The position numbers and the translations under genes are program-made. Shown in pieces: positions 42,978-52,736 of a stretch of DNA of 64,000 nt. The notes below the pieces were generated by a model. It worked only from the letters and a program-made list of their open reading frames with translations, ran no database searches and was not told the DNA's origin. The stretch is from Pseudomonadota bacterium (GTDB lineage: Bacteria; Pseudomonadota; Gammaproteobacteria; Steroidobacterales; Steroidobacteraceae). Position 1 is the stretch's first letter. Every line of letters begins with the position of its first letter. The stretch lies in the NCBI GenBank assembly GCA_021815925.1, contig JAKAZL010000004.1, positions 8,753-72,752 on the forward strand, written 5' to 3'.

Positions 42978-43958
42978 TCAGGGACGTGCGGGCCGCGCGC
43001 GGTCGATCGTCGCCACCAGGTGATAGAACGCCTCGATCAGCGGCACCGCCACGTCGGCGGCCCGTGCGCGCCGCACCGCATCGCCGAAGGTCTCCTCGAC
43101 CTCGAGCGCGCGGCCGGCCTGCAGATCCTGCAGCGCCGACATGCGGTGCCCGGGTGCGCTGGCGGCGAACTGCGCACCGGCCGCGCGCACCGAATCGACC
43201 GCCTGCGACTCCGATCCGCCGAGGATCGCCTGCAACGGCAGGATCGCCCCCTCGTCGGTCAGCTCCATGCCGGCCGCTCGCGCCAGCTGCGCCGCCTCGC
43301 GCGCCATGCGCACCAGGACGCGCGCACTGCCCGGATCGCTCAGATACCGCCAGGTGGCCAGGCGCGTGGTCACCGCCAGGCTCATCAGGGGCAGCCAGGC
43401 CACGAACTTGCTCCACTCCCAGGAGAGGATGTGCTCCACGGCCGCCGAACGCACCCCGGCGGCCTCGAGAGTCGCCGCGAGACTCCGCGCCCGTTCGCTC
43501 TGGCCGCCGTCGAGCTCGCCGAGCAGCAGGTTGACGTTGCGCGTGAACAGCGCCTCACCCGAGGCGAGCAGCTCACCGCTGGTGTTGGCGAGCGCGCCCA
43601 ACGCGCGTGCGGCGCCGAAGGTTTCCGCCAGCAGCTCGTTTTTCAGCAGCCCGTTCTGCACGGAAAACGCTACGCCCACCCGGACGTGCCGCAGCCGCTC
43701 GAGTGCCGCCGCGGTCCCCGGCGTCTTGGTCGCAACGATCAGGCAATCAGCCGCCTCCAGGCGCGCCGGATCGGTCAGCACCGTGACCGGCACGGCGATG
43801 TCGGACAGTCCCGTGACACGCGCACCATCGCGCTCGAGCACGCGGGCCCTCTCGCCGCGCGCCAGCACGATCACCGTATGCCCGGCGCGCCTCAGATGCG
43901 CCGCCAGAATCGTGCCGAGGGCACCGGGTCCGAGAATCGCGAATTCCGCCCGAGTCAT
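42978..43958 (-). CDS. 2-dehydropantoate 2-reductase family oxidoreductase (PanE/ApbA-like)
   Basis: 326 aa from ATG 43958. N-terminal FAILGPGALGT dinucleotide fold. The central K/N/E-type ketopantoate reductase layout is present (ATKT ... VQNGL ... WEWSKF). Confidence 0.7.
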   Translation of the reverse strand: MTRAEFAILGPGALGTILAAHLRRAGHTVIVLARGERARVLERDGARVTGLSDIAVPVTVLTDPARLEAADCLIVATKTPGTAAALERLRHVRVGVAFSVQNGLLKNELLAETFGAARALGALANTSGELLASGEALFTRNVNLLLGELDGGQSERARSLAATLEAAGVRSAAVEHILSWEWSKFVAWLPLMSLAVTTRLATWRYLSDPGSARVLVRMAREAAQLARAAGMELTDEGAILPLQAILGGSESQAVDSVRAAGAQFAASAPGHRMSALQDLQAGRALEVEETFGDAVRRARAADVAVPLIEAFYHLVATIDRARPARP

Positions 43959-44007
43959 TCCGCCACGCTCCCCGCGCCATGCGCGCCCCGCCTGCCCCGT
44001 GCGTCCG

Positions 44008-44718
44008 TCACGTGCCGCCCGCCGGCCTGCCGAGCGCGGCGTGCACCGCCGCCAGGGCATGCAGCCGGGCGGTATCGAAAATCGCAATGCCCGGCTCATC
44101 CTGCCCGAGCAGCAGCCCGAGCTCCGTGCAGCCGAGGATGATCCCCTCGGCGCCCTCGCCGCGCAGCGACTGGATGATCGCGCCAAGGGCCTCGCGCGCC
44201 GCCGGGGTGAAGCGCCCGTGACAGAGCTCCTCGTAGATCATCCGGTGGATCACCTTGCGCTCGGCTTCCTGCGGCAGCATCACCCGCAAGCCCCTGTCCT
44301 CCAGCCGGCCGCGATAGAAATCCTGCTCCATGGTGTAGCGGGTGCCGAGCAGCGCCACGCGCGACAGACCCCGGCGGCGGACTTCCGCAGCCGTCGGGTC
44401 GACGATATGAATGAACTCCGCGGGTGCGGCGGCGGCTGCAATCGCCGGCGCGACCTTGTGCATCGTATTGGCGCACACCACGATGAACCGCGCCCCGGCC
44501 TGCGTCAGTGAGCGGGCGCAGGCGCCGAGCAGCGCCGCGGCATCGTCCCAGCGATCTTCTCGCTGGCAGGCTTCGATGTCGGCAAAGTCGACCGTGTGCA
44601 GGATCGAGCGCGCGTTGTGCTGTCCGCCGAGCAGACGGTGGGTCTCCTCGTTGATGACCTGGTAGTAGGTCACCGTCGACTCCCAGCTCATCCCGCCGAT
44701 CAGACCGATGATGTGCAT
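44008..44718 (-). CDS. aspartate/glutamate racemase family protein
   Basis: 236 aa from ATG 44718. N-terminus MHIIGLIGGMSWEST. The two catalytic Cys motifs VVCANTMH and ILGCTELG are present. Confidence 0.85.
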   Translation of the reverse strand: MHIIGLIGGMSWESTVTYYQVINEETHRLLGGQHNARSILHTVDFADIEACQREDRWDDAAALLGACARSLTQAGARFIVVCANTMHKVAPAIAAAAAPAEFIHIVDPTAAEVRRRGLSRVALLGTRYTMEQDFYRGRLEDRGLRVMLPQEAERKVIHRMIYEELCHGRFTPAAREALGAIIQSLRGEGAEGIILGCTELGLLLGQDEPGIAIFDTARLHALAAVHAALGRPAGGT

Positions 44719-45115
44719 CGCTTCATTCCGTCCGCATCCCGCTGCGATGGTAACGCATCGCCGGTCGCCGCGAACATCGCACCTCTGGCGATGCGCAGTG
44801 AGGCCGTTGCCCGGCGGAGCGCTGCCCGACCATGGAATGAGTCTGCGCAAGAGCGGAACGACGAACCGCAATCGCGGTGCTCCGCACACCACCACACGCG
44901 GGCGGGGAAACAGGACCCGCGGGCGCTCGGTCGCAGATGACCCTTCGCTCAAGCATCGGCGGGGGTTGAGCGTCTGGCGCCGCGCAGCGGGACGGCTGCC
45001 CGGCGGGCGAGTACGTCAGCCTGCGCTGCATGGAGGTCCTGCCGGCGTCCGCGGATCGATGTTGCCCGGGAGGGCGCGCGGTGAGGGAAGCAGAGTTTAC
45101 AGCGCGCCCGGCCGA

Positions 45116-45442
45116 TCAAAGCAACCCCATGCGGGCAAACACCAGCAGCGTCTCGACGAGATCGCTGAGGCCGTGTGACTTCTCCAGCCAGTACGCATAC
45201 AACACGCCGAGGATGAACGCGTAGATCTGCCGACCCAGAGCGAGCAACCATCCGACCTTGAAGAAGCTCGTCGCATGCAGCAGCGCGAACATGACCGGCA
45301 CGATGACACCGTCCCAGTTCATGCTGAAGCGACCGACGCGCAACTTGCCCGGCATCGGCGCCAGATACATGACCCACAGCGCGCGCAGCGGAATCTCTTT
45401 GGTAGAGCCCGCATAGACACTGAACGCTATCCAGCGCCACAC
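45116..45442 (-). CDS. small CPBP/Abi-like membrane protein (possibly an N-terminally truncated remnant)
   Basis: 108 aa with lower third-position GC than neighbouring genes. Sequence strings loosely match the three CPBP motifs: KEIPLR (EExxxR-like), FALLH (FxxxH) and HGLSD (HxxxD). It lacks the usual N-terminal TM helices. Confidence 0.4.
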   Translation of the reverse strand: MWRWIAFSVYAGSTKEIPLRALWVMYLAPMPGKLRVGRFSMNWDGVIVPVMFALLHATSFFKVGWLLALGRQIYAFILGVLYAYWLEKSHGLSDLVETLLVFARMGLL

Positions 45443-45848
45443 GTCCGCGTGCCCCAGCGGATGGACACACCAGGCGTTGCAGCTTGCTGCGCGCAGCGAG
45501 CGGTCGGGTCCTCTGCGCTCGGCTCATTGGCATGGCCCGCATGCCACGCCATCCTCGGTCCGGCCCAGGCTGGACCGAGTGCGCGCTGAACATCGGCAAT
45601 CCCTATCGGTTGCCGGGTCATGGGACTGCGCGGGTGGCGGGAGCTTCGCCCGGATCTGAAACGGGATACGGACGCGTGCGTTGCGCCGATCTAGGGCATG
45701 GCTCGGCGCCCTTTGCCGGCCATCGCGACGAAATCCGCGAGCAGACCCTGGCCGCCGGCCTGAGTTACCGAAGTCGCCTCGATCGGCTGACGATGCGGCT
45801 GACGGCCCGCTCGCGCCTTCCCGCCGCATTGCGGCAGCGGTGCCGGGA

Positions 45849-45864
45849 CTGGCGGAGAGGGTGG
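45849..45864. repeat. distal direct repeat: exact 16-nt copy of the tRNA-Ser 3' end (att-like)
   Basis: CTGGCGGAGAGGGTGG is identical to 46892-46907 and in the same orientation. Confidence 0.85.
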
Positions 45865-46024
45865 CCGCCACAATCAGCATGGAATCCAGATGATTTCCGA
45901 TTCTCGTGCGTAATTTCTGCGTATTAGGGCCGAGTATTCGGAATGATGACCGATGGAATGGCACGACCGGTGTCACGATGCCGACCCGCATCGAATAGAG
46001 AGATTGACGGCGCCCAACCAGAGA

Positions 46025-46042
46025 CATATGCTTTGGCATATG
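46025..46042. promoter_or_regulatory. perfect palindrome CATATGC-TTTG-GCATATG upstream of vapB (probable VapB/VapBC operator)
   Basis: 7-bp inverted repeat located 24 nt upstream of the vapB ATG. TA operons are typically autoregulated at palindromes of this kind. Confidence 0.55.
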
Positions 46043-46065
46043 CCTTCCTCGCGCGGGTGATTCGA

Positions 46066-46308
46066 ATGCCTGACTCAGAACGCCACGTCAGACTGTTCCG
46101 CAATGGACGGAACCAGGCTTTGCGTATCCCCAGAGAATTCGAACTCGAAGCGGATGAGGCCATCCTGCGCAAGGAGGGGGATCGCTTGGTGATCGAGCCG
46201 GTGCGCAAGGGTCGTCTGCTCGCCCGACTCGCCACCCTGGAGCCCATCGAAGAACCCTTTCCGGATGTGGACGAGGATCTCGGCGGGGTAGACGATGTGG
46301 AGCTTTGA
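46066..46308 (+). CDS. vapB: type II antitoxin VapB (AbrB/SpoVT-fold)
   Basis: 80 aa. RLFRNGRNQALRIPREFEL is the typical SpoVT/AbrB-type VapB core. The C-terminus is acidic. The gene ends 2 nt before vapC. Confidence 0.85.
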   Translation: MPDSERHVRLFRNGRNQALRIPREFELEADEAILRKEGDRLVIEPVRKGRLLARLATLEPIEEPFPDVDEDLGGVDDVEL

Positions 46309-46310
46309 GG

Positions 46311-46718
46311 ATGCCCTTCCGCTATTTACTGGACACCAACATCCTCTCCGACCTGATGCGACATCCGCAGGGCGAAATCACGCAGCAGATTGCCTCGCGG
46401 GGAGAGAGCTGCGTATGCACCAGCACCATTGTTGCCTGCGAGCTTCGCTACGGAGCCTGTAAAGCGGGCTCGACCCGCCTCAGCGACCGGGTCGAGCTGA
46501 TTCTCTCTGCGGTCGAGGTGCTTCCGGTGGAACCACCTGCCGACTGGCATTATGGGGAAATCCGCCAACATCTCGCCCGACAGGGCAACCCGATCGGTCC
46601 AAATGATCTTCTCATCGCCGCGCACGCCCGGGCGCTCGATCTGACCGTCGTGACGGACAATGTACGTGAGTTTTCCCGTGTTCCGGACTTACGCGTTGAA
46701 AACTGGCTACCTCGATGA
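46311..46718 (+). CDS. vapC: type II toxin VapC (PIN-domain ribonuclease)
   Basis: 135 aa. YLLDTNILSD carries the first acidic residue. Also present are ELRYG, GPNDLLIAAHA and VVTDNVREF. Confidence 0.88.
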   Translation: MPFRYLLDTNILSDLMRHPQGEITQQIASRGESCVCTSTIVACELRYGACKAGSTRLSDRVELILSAVEVLPVEPPADWHYGEIRQHLARQGNPIGPNDLLIAAHARALDLTVVTDNVREFSRVPDLRVENWLPR

Positions 46719-46887
46719 AGGATCAGCCCAGTCCGTATCGCGATGATGCGTCGGGCTCCGCGAACGTTTGCTGGAGTGCCCTCCTCGGCCGCACGGGGAA
46801 TGACCTGTGCGCTCGACATCAACCGATAACGCAACGAGTTGGTAGGAAAGAAGCGCGGATGCGCGCGCACATACTTCGTGCGCCGCC

Positions 46888-46984
<97 letters not shown>

Positions 46985-47126
46985 GTATTCACCCAGACTG
47001 TCTTCAGTCTGGCGGGACCCACGCCCCGTTCCGCCCCCCCGCATGCCGGTCGCTCCCACGGGGCGCGCGGGGCGCGCATGATACTACGTCGGGCCGCCCG
47101 AGGCAGTCCAACCATGCCGCGGCGCC

Positions 47127-47426
47127 TCAGGGCTTCGGGGCCGGCGCCGGCTTGGAGCGGGCAGCGATATAAGACGGCGGGGCATCCAGGCAGGGCTCCT
47201 TGGCCGTTGGCGGCGGAGCCGTCGGGCCCTTCAGCGGCGGCACGACCAGTGCATTGCGGGTATCCGGGCTGCTGAGCCCGGTGGGAATCGTCAGCGGCGG
47301 AACGCTGCGCGCCGCCATGTACGGGCGCGGCTTATGGCAGGACTCCGAGGTCATCTCACGCAACGTGTGGCAGCCGGACAGGACCGGCAGCACCGCGGCA
47401 AGAGCCCAGGCGGCTCTGAACTTCAT
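47127..47426 (-). CDS. small Pro-rich lipoprotein at the bamC/nlpB position downstream of dapA
   Basis: 99 aa from ATG 47426. The lipobox is VLSGC. The mature part is proline-rich and lacks globular domains. YMAARSVPPLTIPTGL loosely resembles the N-terminal BamD-binding segment of BamC. Confidence 0.6.
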   Translation of the reverse strand: MKFRAAWALAAVLPVLSGCHTLREMTSESCHKPRPYMAARSVPPLTIPTGLSSPDTRNALVVPPLKGPTAPPPTAKEPCLDAPPSYIAARSKPAPAPKP

Positions 47427-47476
47427 CAACGATTCTCCTCGCTCGAAATCACACTCAGGGGCCCGATCCGGGGCCA

Positions 47477-48412
47477 TCAGGCCACCCGGCTGGCGGCATA
47501 CAACGCGGCCTGCACATCCGCTCGGTGGGACGCAGACAGCTCGGTCAGCGGCAGACGGATCCCCGGACCGATGCGCCCCAGCTGCGCCAGGGCCCACTTG
47601 ACCGGAATGGGGTTGGCCTCCACGAACAGCGCACGATGGACACCCTGAAGCGGCTCGTCCAACCGGGCCGCTTCCGCCGCATCGCCACGCAGGGCAGCCG
47701 CCACCATCTCAGCCATCGCCCGGGGCACCACGTTGGCGCTCACCGAGATCACCCCGCGCGCGCCGGCGAGTATCGCCTCGCGCGCCGTGGCGTCATCGCC
47801 GCTGAGTACGACGAACCCGTCGCGGCTCGCGGCGAGGATCTGGCGCACCCGATCGGCACCCGGAACGGCCTCTTTGACCGCAACGATGCGCGGGAGTTGC
47901 GAGAGCCGTCCAATCGTCGCCGGCAGCATGTCCACGGCCGTGCGGGCCGGGACGTTGTAAAGAATCAAGGGCTTGGCCGCTGCTTCTGCGACGGCCTCGA
48001 AATGCCGATACAGCCCCTCCTGGGTGGGGCGATTGTACGCCGGCGTGACGACCAGCAGAGCATCGATCGGCAGCTGCGAGAGCTCGCGGGCCTTGGCTAC
48101 CGCGGCGGCCGTGCTGCTCGAGCCGGCCCCGACCACGATTCCGATCCGCCCCCCCGCCCGGGCACAAGCCCGCTCGGTGAGCTGACGCAGTTCGGCCTCG
48201 GTGAGCGTGGCGGACTCGCCGGTCGTACCGCCGATCACCAGGGCGCGCGTGCCGCTCGCCACGTGCCAGTCGACCAGGCGGTCCCAGGCGTCCAGATCGA
48301 TCGCCCCGTCACCGCTCATGGGTGTGACGATGGCCACAAGACTTCCCGTGGTCACGTCGGTGATACCACGACCGTTTGCCGCGGTGGCTGCGAGCGGGCT
48401 CAAGGCTGTCAT
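47477..48412 (-). CDS. dapA: 4-hydroxy-tetrahydrodipicolinate synthase
   Basis: 311 aa from ATG 48412. Motifs GSLVAIVTPM, GTTGESATL, YNVPARTAVDM and VAVKEA (Schiff-base Lys region). Confidence 0.93.
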   Translation of the reverse strand: MTALSPLAATAANGRGITDVTTGSLVAIVTPMSGDGAIDLDAWDRLVDWHVASGTRALVIGGTTGESATLTEAELRQLTERACARAGGRIGIVVGAGSSSTAAAVAKARELSQLPIDALLVVTPAYNRPTQEGLYRHFEAVAEAAAKPLILYNVPARTAVDMLPATIGRLSQLPRIVAVKEAVPGADRVRQILAASRDGFVVLSGDDATAREAILAGARGVISVSANVVPRAMAEMVAAALRGDAAEAARLDEPLQGVHRALFVEANPIPVKWALAQLGRIGPGIRLPLTELSASHRADVQAALYAASRVA

Positions 48413-48553
48413 CCGTCGAGGGGTTGCGTGATCAGTCACGGGCGGAACGGGAGTATATCCGCTGCGGAGCCTCTTGCGTCGCGCCGGCATGATCGGCGCC
48501 GGGCGGTCGCCAGCGCCCCTCGCTCCCGGTACACTGCAGCCAAGAGTGCAGTG

Positions 48554-49105
48554 ATGCCCGCAACGACAGACACGATGAAGCAGCACCTGGCCGTTTCGGC
48601 AATCGGCAGCGACAGAACAGGGATGGCCCACGAGCTGACCCGGCTGATCAGCGAATGTGGCGGTAACATCACCGAGAGCCGCATGGTTGCGCTGGGCTCG
48701 GAATTTGCCATGCTGCTGTTGATCTCGGGCAACTGGCACGCGCTGGCCAAGCTCGAGTCCGAATTGACCCGCCTGGCCGCAGCCGGCACCTTCAGCGTGC
48801 ACATGCGCCGCACCGAGCCGCGTCCCTCGCGCACCGACATGCTGCCGTACTCGATCGACGTGGTCAGCCTCGATCAGAGCGGCATCGTCGCGGGCCTGTC
48901 CGGATTTTTCGCCAGCCGCAGCATCGACATCGCAGAGGTCTCGACCCGCAGCTATCCGGCCGCGCACACCGGGGCGCCGATGTTCTCCGTGCAGATGGTC
49001 GTGAACGTGCCGAGCCGCATCCCCGTGGCGCACCTGCGCGAGGAGTTCATGGATTACTGTGACTCGCTCAACCTGGATGCCATTCTCGAACCGGTGAAAT
49101 CCTGA
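48554..49105 (+). CDS. gcvR: glycine cleavage system transcriptional repressor GcvR (tandem ACT domains)
   Basis: HLAVSAIGSDRTGMAHELTRLISECGGNITESRM resembles the GcvR N-terminus. The dapA-gcvR-bcp synteny is conserved. The start is 48554 or 48575. Confidence 0.8.
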   Translation: MPATTDTMKQHLAVSAIGSDRTGMAHELTRLISECGGNITESRMVALGSEFAMLLLISGNWHALAKLESELTRLAAAGTFSVHMRRTEPRPSRTDMLPYSIDVVSLDQSGIVAGLSGFFASRSIDIAEVSTRSYPAAHTGAPMFSVQMVVNVPSRIPVAHLREEFMDYCDSLNLDAILEPVKS

Positions 49106-49108
49106 CCC

Positions 49109-49576
49109 ATGGCCAAACTCGAACCCGGATCCAAGGTCCCAGATTTCTCCCTGCCCGCCACCGATGGGGCGACCTTCACCCTCAAGGGCGCCGCGGGCAA
49201 GGCGCTGGTCGTTTACTTCTACCCGAAGGACATGACCTCCGGGTGCACGCGCGAGTCGCAGGACTTCCGCGATCTGCACGCGGCCTTCGGCAAGGCCGGA
49301 GCGCAGGTGGTCGGCATCTCGCGCGACAGCCTCGCCTCGCACGAGAAGTTCAAAAGCAAGGAGAGTCTGCCCTTTGCGCTGCTGTCCGACGCTGACGAGC
49401 GGGTCTGCAAGCTGTTCGATGTGATCCGCGAGAAGAGCCTGTACGGGCGGAAATACCTCGGCATCGAGCGCAGCACCTTCCTCATCGACAAGCGCGGTGT
49501 GCTGCGCCGCGAATGGCGCAAGGTAAAAGTGCCGGGACATGCGGAGGAAGTGCTTGAAGCGGCGCGATCCCTCTGA
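49109..49576 (+). CDS. bcp: thioredoxin-dependent peroxiredoxin Bcp
   Basis: 155 aa. The peroxidatic Cys context is FYPKDMTSGCTRE. Motifs GISRDS and STFLID are present. Confidence 0.92.
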   Translation: MAKLEPGSKVPDFSLPATDGATFTLKGAAGKALVVYFYPKDMTSGCTRESQDFRDLHAAFGKAGAQVVGISRDSLASHEKFKSKESLPFALLSDADERVCKLFDVIREKSLYGRKYLGIERSTFLIDKRGVLRREWRKVKVPGHAEEVLEAARSL

Positions 49577-51038
49577 CCGGCCGCGCGCCGCGCGCGGCGC
49601 CGCAGAGTCCGCCGAGAAGGCGACGCAGAAGAACAGGCAGCGCGGCGCGCGGCGGATCTTCGTGCTCGACACCAACGTGCTGATGCACGATCCGACCTGC
49701 ATCTTCCGTTTCGAGGAGCACGACGTCTATCTGCCGATGATCGTGCTCGAGGAGCTCGACGCGCACAAGAAGGGACTCTCGGAAGCCTCACGCAACGTGC
49801 GCCAGGTGAGCCGGTTCCTCGATGACATGATGCGCGGGGCCACCAAGGAGCAGATCGACCGCGGGCTACCGCTGCCCTCCGGCTACACGGGCAATCACGG
49901 CAAGAAGGCCTCGTCGGGACGGCTGTATTTCCAGACGCGCCCGGCCGCGGGCGCGCCCTCGGCGCTGCAAGTCGCCGGCAACGACAACGCCATCCTCGCC
50001 CAGACCCTGGCGCTGCAGCGGGAGCTGCCGGACACGACCGTGATTCTGGTGTCCAAGGACATCAATCTGCGCATCAAGGCGGCGGTGCTCGGTGTGCACG
50101 TCGAGGATTACTACAGCGACAAGACGCTGGAGGACTCCGACGTACTGTTCGGCGGCATGAGCGAGCTGCCGGCGGACTTCTGGGACCGCCACGGCCAGGA
50201 CATGCGCTCCTGGAAGGAAGGCGACCGCACGTTCTACGAAATCACCGGACCGGCGGTGAACCAGTGGCAAACCAACCAGGGCCTGTACGAGGCCGGTGAG
50301 CAGGGCATCGAGGGGATCGTGCGTCGCATCGAGGGGCAACGTGCGGTGATCGAGCTGCTGCGCGACCATCGAAACGAGCGGCACGGCGTCTGGGGTATCA
50401 CGGCACGCAACCGCGAGCAGAACTTCGCGCTGAATCTGCTGATGGACCCGCAAATCGACTTCGTCACCGTGCTGGGACCGGCCGGCACCGGCAAGACGTT
50501 GCTCACGCTCGCGGCCGGACTGATGCAAACGCTCGAGAGCAACCGCTTCGCCGAGATCATCATGACCCGCGTGACGATCCCTCTCGGGGAGGACATCGGT
50601 TTCCTGCCCGGCACGGAGGAGGAGAAGATGGAGCCCTGGATGGGCGCGCTGATGGACAATCTCGAGGTGCTCACCGGGAGCCCCGAGGGCGGCAACTGGG
50701 GGCGGGCGGCCACGCAGGACCTGCTGCGCAACCGCATCAAGATCCGCTCGCTCAATTTCATGCGCGGGCGCACTTTCCTCAACCGCTTCGTGATTCTCGA
50801 CGAGGCGCAGAATCTGACGCCGAAGCAGATGAAGGCTCTGATCACCCGGGCCGGCCCCGGCACCAAGCTCGCCTGTCTCGGCAACGTGGCGCAGATCGAC
50901 ACTCCGTACCTTACGGAGACCACCTCGGGGCTCACCTACGTGGTGAACCGCTTCCGCGGCTGGCCCCATTCCGCCCACGTCACGCTGGTGCGGGGCGAGC
51001 GCTCCCGCCTGGCGGACTTTGCCTCGGACATGCTGTAA
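49539..51038 (+). CDS. PhoH-family ATPase with N-terminal PIN domain (YlaK-like)
   Basis: PIN motif is FVLDTNVLMHDP ... VLEELD. The PhoH core has Walker A GPAGTGKT, DEAQN and GNVAQID. The start is uncertain, since ATG 49539 overlaps the bcp end by 38 nt. Confidence 0.85.
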   Translation: MRRKCLKRRDPSDRPRAARGAAESAEKATQKNRQRGARRIFVLDTNVLMHDPTCIFRFEEHDVYLPMIVLEELDAHKKGLSEASRNVRQVSRFLDDMMRGATKEQIDRGLPLPSGYTGNHGKKASSGRLYFQTRPAAGAPSALQVAGNDNAILAQTLALQRELPDTTVILVSKDINLRIKAAVLGVHVEDYYSDKTLEDSDVLFGGMSELPADFWDRHGQDMRSWKEGDRTFYEITGPAVNQWQTNQGLYEAGEQGIEGIVRRIEGQRAVIELLRDHRNERHGVWGITARNREQNFALNLLMDPQIDFVTVLGPAGTGKTLLTLAAGLMQTLESNRFAEIIMTRVTIPLGEDIGFLPGTEEEKMEPWMGALMDNLEVLTGSPEGGNWGRAATQDLLRNRIKIRSLNFMRGRTFLNRFVILDEAQNLTPKQMKALITRAGPGTKLACLGNVAQIDTPYLTETTSGLTYVVNRFRGWPHSAHVTLVRGERSRLADFASDML

Positions 51039-51108
51039 GCTGCCGACCGGACCGGGGCGCCGTCCCACGGCTGAAGAATTGCAAGCTTCTGTTCGTAAAG
51101 GGAAACCG

Positions 51109-52635
51109 ATGGCCGCCCGCCGTGGTCGAACTACAATGCGCTCGATCGTATGGATTGTGCTGGCTGCCTTCCTGAACGCTGCCGTGGCCACGGCAGCGGT
51201 TCCGCCTCCGTTGCCGCCCATCCCGCTCACCACTGATCTGCCCTCGGCGATCGATTCGCAGCTGCCGGCCCTCGGCAGCGCCGCCTCGGTGGAGCTGCCC
51301 GAGTCCGAGCAGTTCCAGATCGGCTACATGATGATGCTGCAGATGCGCAACCAGCATCAGCTGGTCAGCGACCCGGAGGTCGCGGAGTACCTCAACACGG
51401 TCGGCAAGCGGCTCGCCTCGCAGAGCGCCAAGGGCGCGGCCCACTTTCACTATCTGTGTGTCAACACACCGGTCGTGAACTCGTTTGCCGCGCCCGGCAA
51501 TTTCGTGTTCATCAACTCGGGCCTGTTCATCTTCACCCGCACCGAGTCGGAGCTCGCGGCGGTGATGGCGCACGAGACCGCCCACGAGACCCAGAACCAC
51601 ATCGCGCGCCGGCTTCTCAACGCCCATCAGGCGAACATCGAGTCGCTCGCCGCCATGCTCGCCACGATCCTGCTCGGAGCGGTCAGCGGCAGCGGCCAGG
51701 CGATCGAAGGCGGCATTGTCGCCTCGCAGGGACTGGCGGCCCAGGAGCAGATCGACTACAGCCGCAGTGTCGAGGAGGAGGCCGACCGCGTCGGGATCGA
51801 GTACCTCGCGGCCGCGGGCTTCGACCCGGAGGCGATGGCGGATATCTTCCAGAAAATGATGCGACTCGAGGGCATCCAGGACAGCTGGGTCCCGGCGGTG
51901 CTGATCGATCATCCGATCACCGTCGATCGCATCGCCCAGGCCCGGGCGCGCGCGGCGCAGTTTCCCCCGGAACCCGACACGAGCTCGCCGGATTACTACA
52001 TCATCCGGTCCCGGCTGCGGGTCATCACCGCGCCCTCCTCCGAGAATCTCGTGCGCTACTACAGCGACCGTCTGGCGCACGGCGATCACGGCATCGGGAC
52101 GCAGTACGGCTACGCCCTGGCGCTGATGGACGAGGGCCAGCCGAAGGAGGCGATCAAGCGCTTCGCGACGCTGCTCGCCGCACACCCCGATCTGCATCTG
52201 CTGTACGTCGCGCTCGGCCAGGCGCAGGCGCGGGCCGGGGAGATGTCCGCAGCGCTCGCCACCTTCGCCCGCGCCAAGCGCCTCTTCCCGCTCAACGTGC
52301 CGGTCATCGTGCGCTACGCGCAGACGCTGATGCAGGACGGCAAGAACGCCGAAGCGCACCGCATGCTGCTCGACCTGTTCAACCTGGTCAATCCGACGCC
52401 GGGACAGATCGAGCTCACCGCGCGAGCGGCGAGCGCCGCCGGCGACCTCGGCGATGCCTACTACTACATGGGCGAATACCAGCTCTCGCAGGGCAATCTG
52501 CCGCTCGCGGTCAAACAGTACCAGCTCGCCCTCACCATGCCGCATCTGAACTACGTGCAGCGCCAGCGCATCAGTGCGAGACTTAAGGAGGTCAAGGATT
52601 ATCTGGTGCGCATGCGCGCGCGCCACAACAGCTGA
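51109..52635 (+). CDS. M48-family metalloprotease with C-terminal TPR repeats (BepA/YfgC-like)
   Basis: Signal peptide present. The zinc motif is HETAHETQNH (HExxH), followed by EEEADRVG and then TPR-like repeats. Confidence 0.82.
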   Translation: MAARRGRTTMRSIVWIVLAAFLNAAVATAAVPPPLPPIPLTTDLPSAIDSQLPALGSAASVELPESEQFQIGYMMMLQMRNQHQLVSDPEVAEYLNTVGKRLASQSAKGAAHFHYLCVNTPVVNSFAAPGNFVFINSGLFIFTRTESELAAVMAHETAHETQNHIARRLLNAHQANIESLAAMLATILLGAVSGSGQAIEGGIVASQGLAAQEQIDYSRSVEEEADRVGIEYLAAAGFDPEAMADIFQKMMRLEGIQDSWVPAVLIDHPITVDRIAQARARAAQFPPEPDTSSPDYYIIRSRLRVITAPSSENLVRYYSDRLAHGDHGIGTQYGYALALMDEGQPKEAIKRFATLLAAHPDLHLLYVALGQAQARAGEMSAALATFARAKRLFPLNVPVIVRYAQTLMQDGKNAEAHRMLLDLFNLVNPTPGQIELTARAASAAGDLGDAYYYMGEYQLSQGNLPLAVKQYQLALTMPHLNYVQRQRISARLKEVKDYLVRMRARHNS

Positions 52636-52736
52636 CCGGCAAGGCACGCCACGCCGGACGACGGCGCCACGGTGCGCCGTGAGCGGATCAACCCTGGAGC
52701 GATACAATGCGCACGCGGACTGCGCACGGAAACGTC

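Noticed and set aside
45484-46039. Overlapping ORFs 45484-45927 (+) and 45524-46039 (-) in the islet flank
   Set aside because: They overlap each other on opposite strands. They show no recognisable motifs and span the distal direct repeat. They are most likely non-coding.
46054-46069. GGGTGATTCGAATGCC resembling the tRNA T-arm (GGGTGGGATTCGAACCC) as a third att-like remnant
   Set aside because: The match is only partial and has an indel. It overlaps the vapB RBS and start codon. It is much weaker than the exact 16-mer repeat and is probably coincidental.
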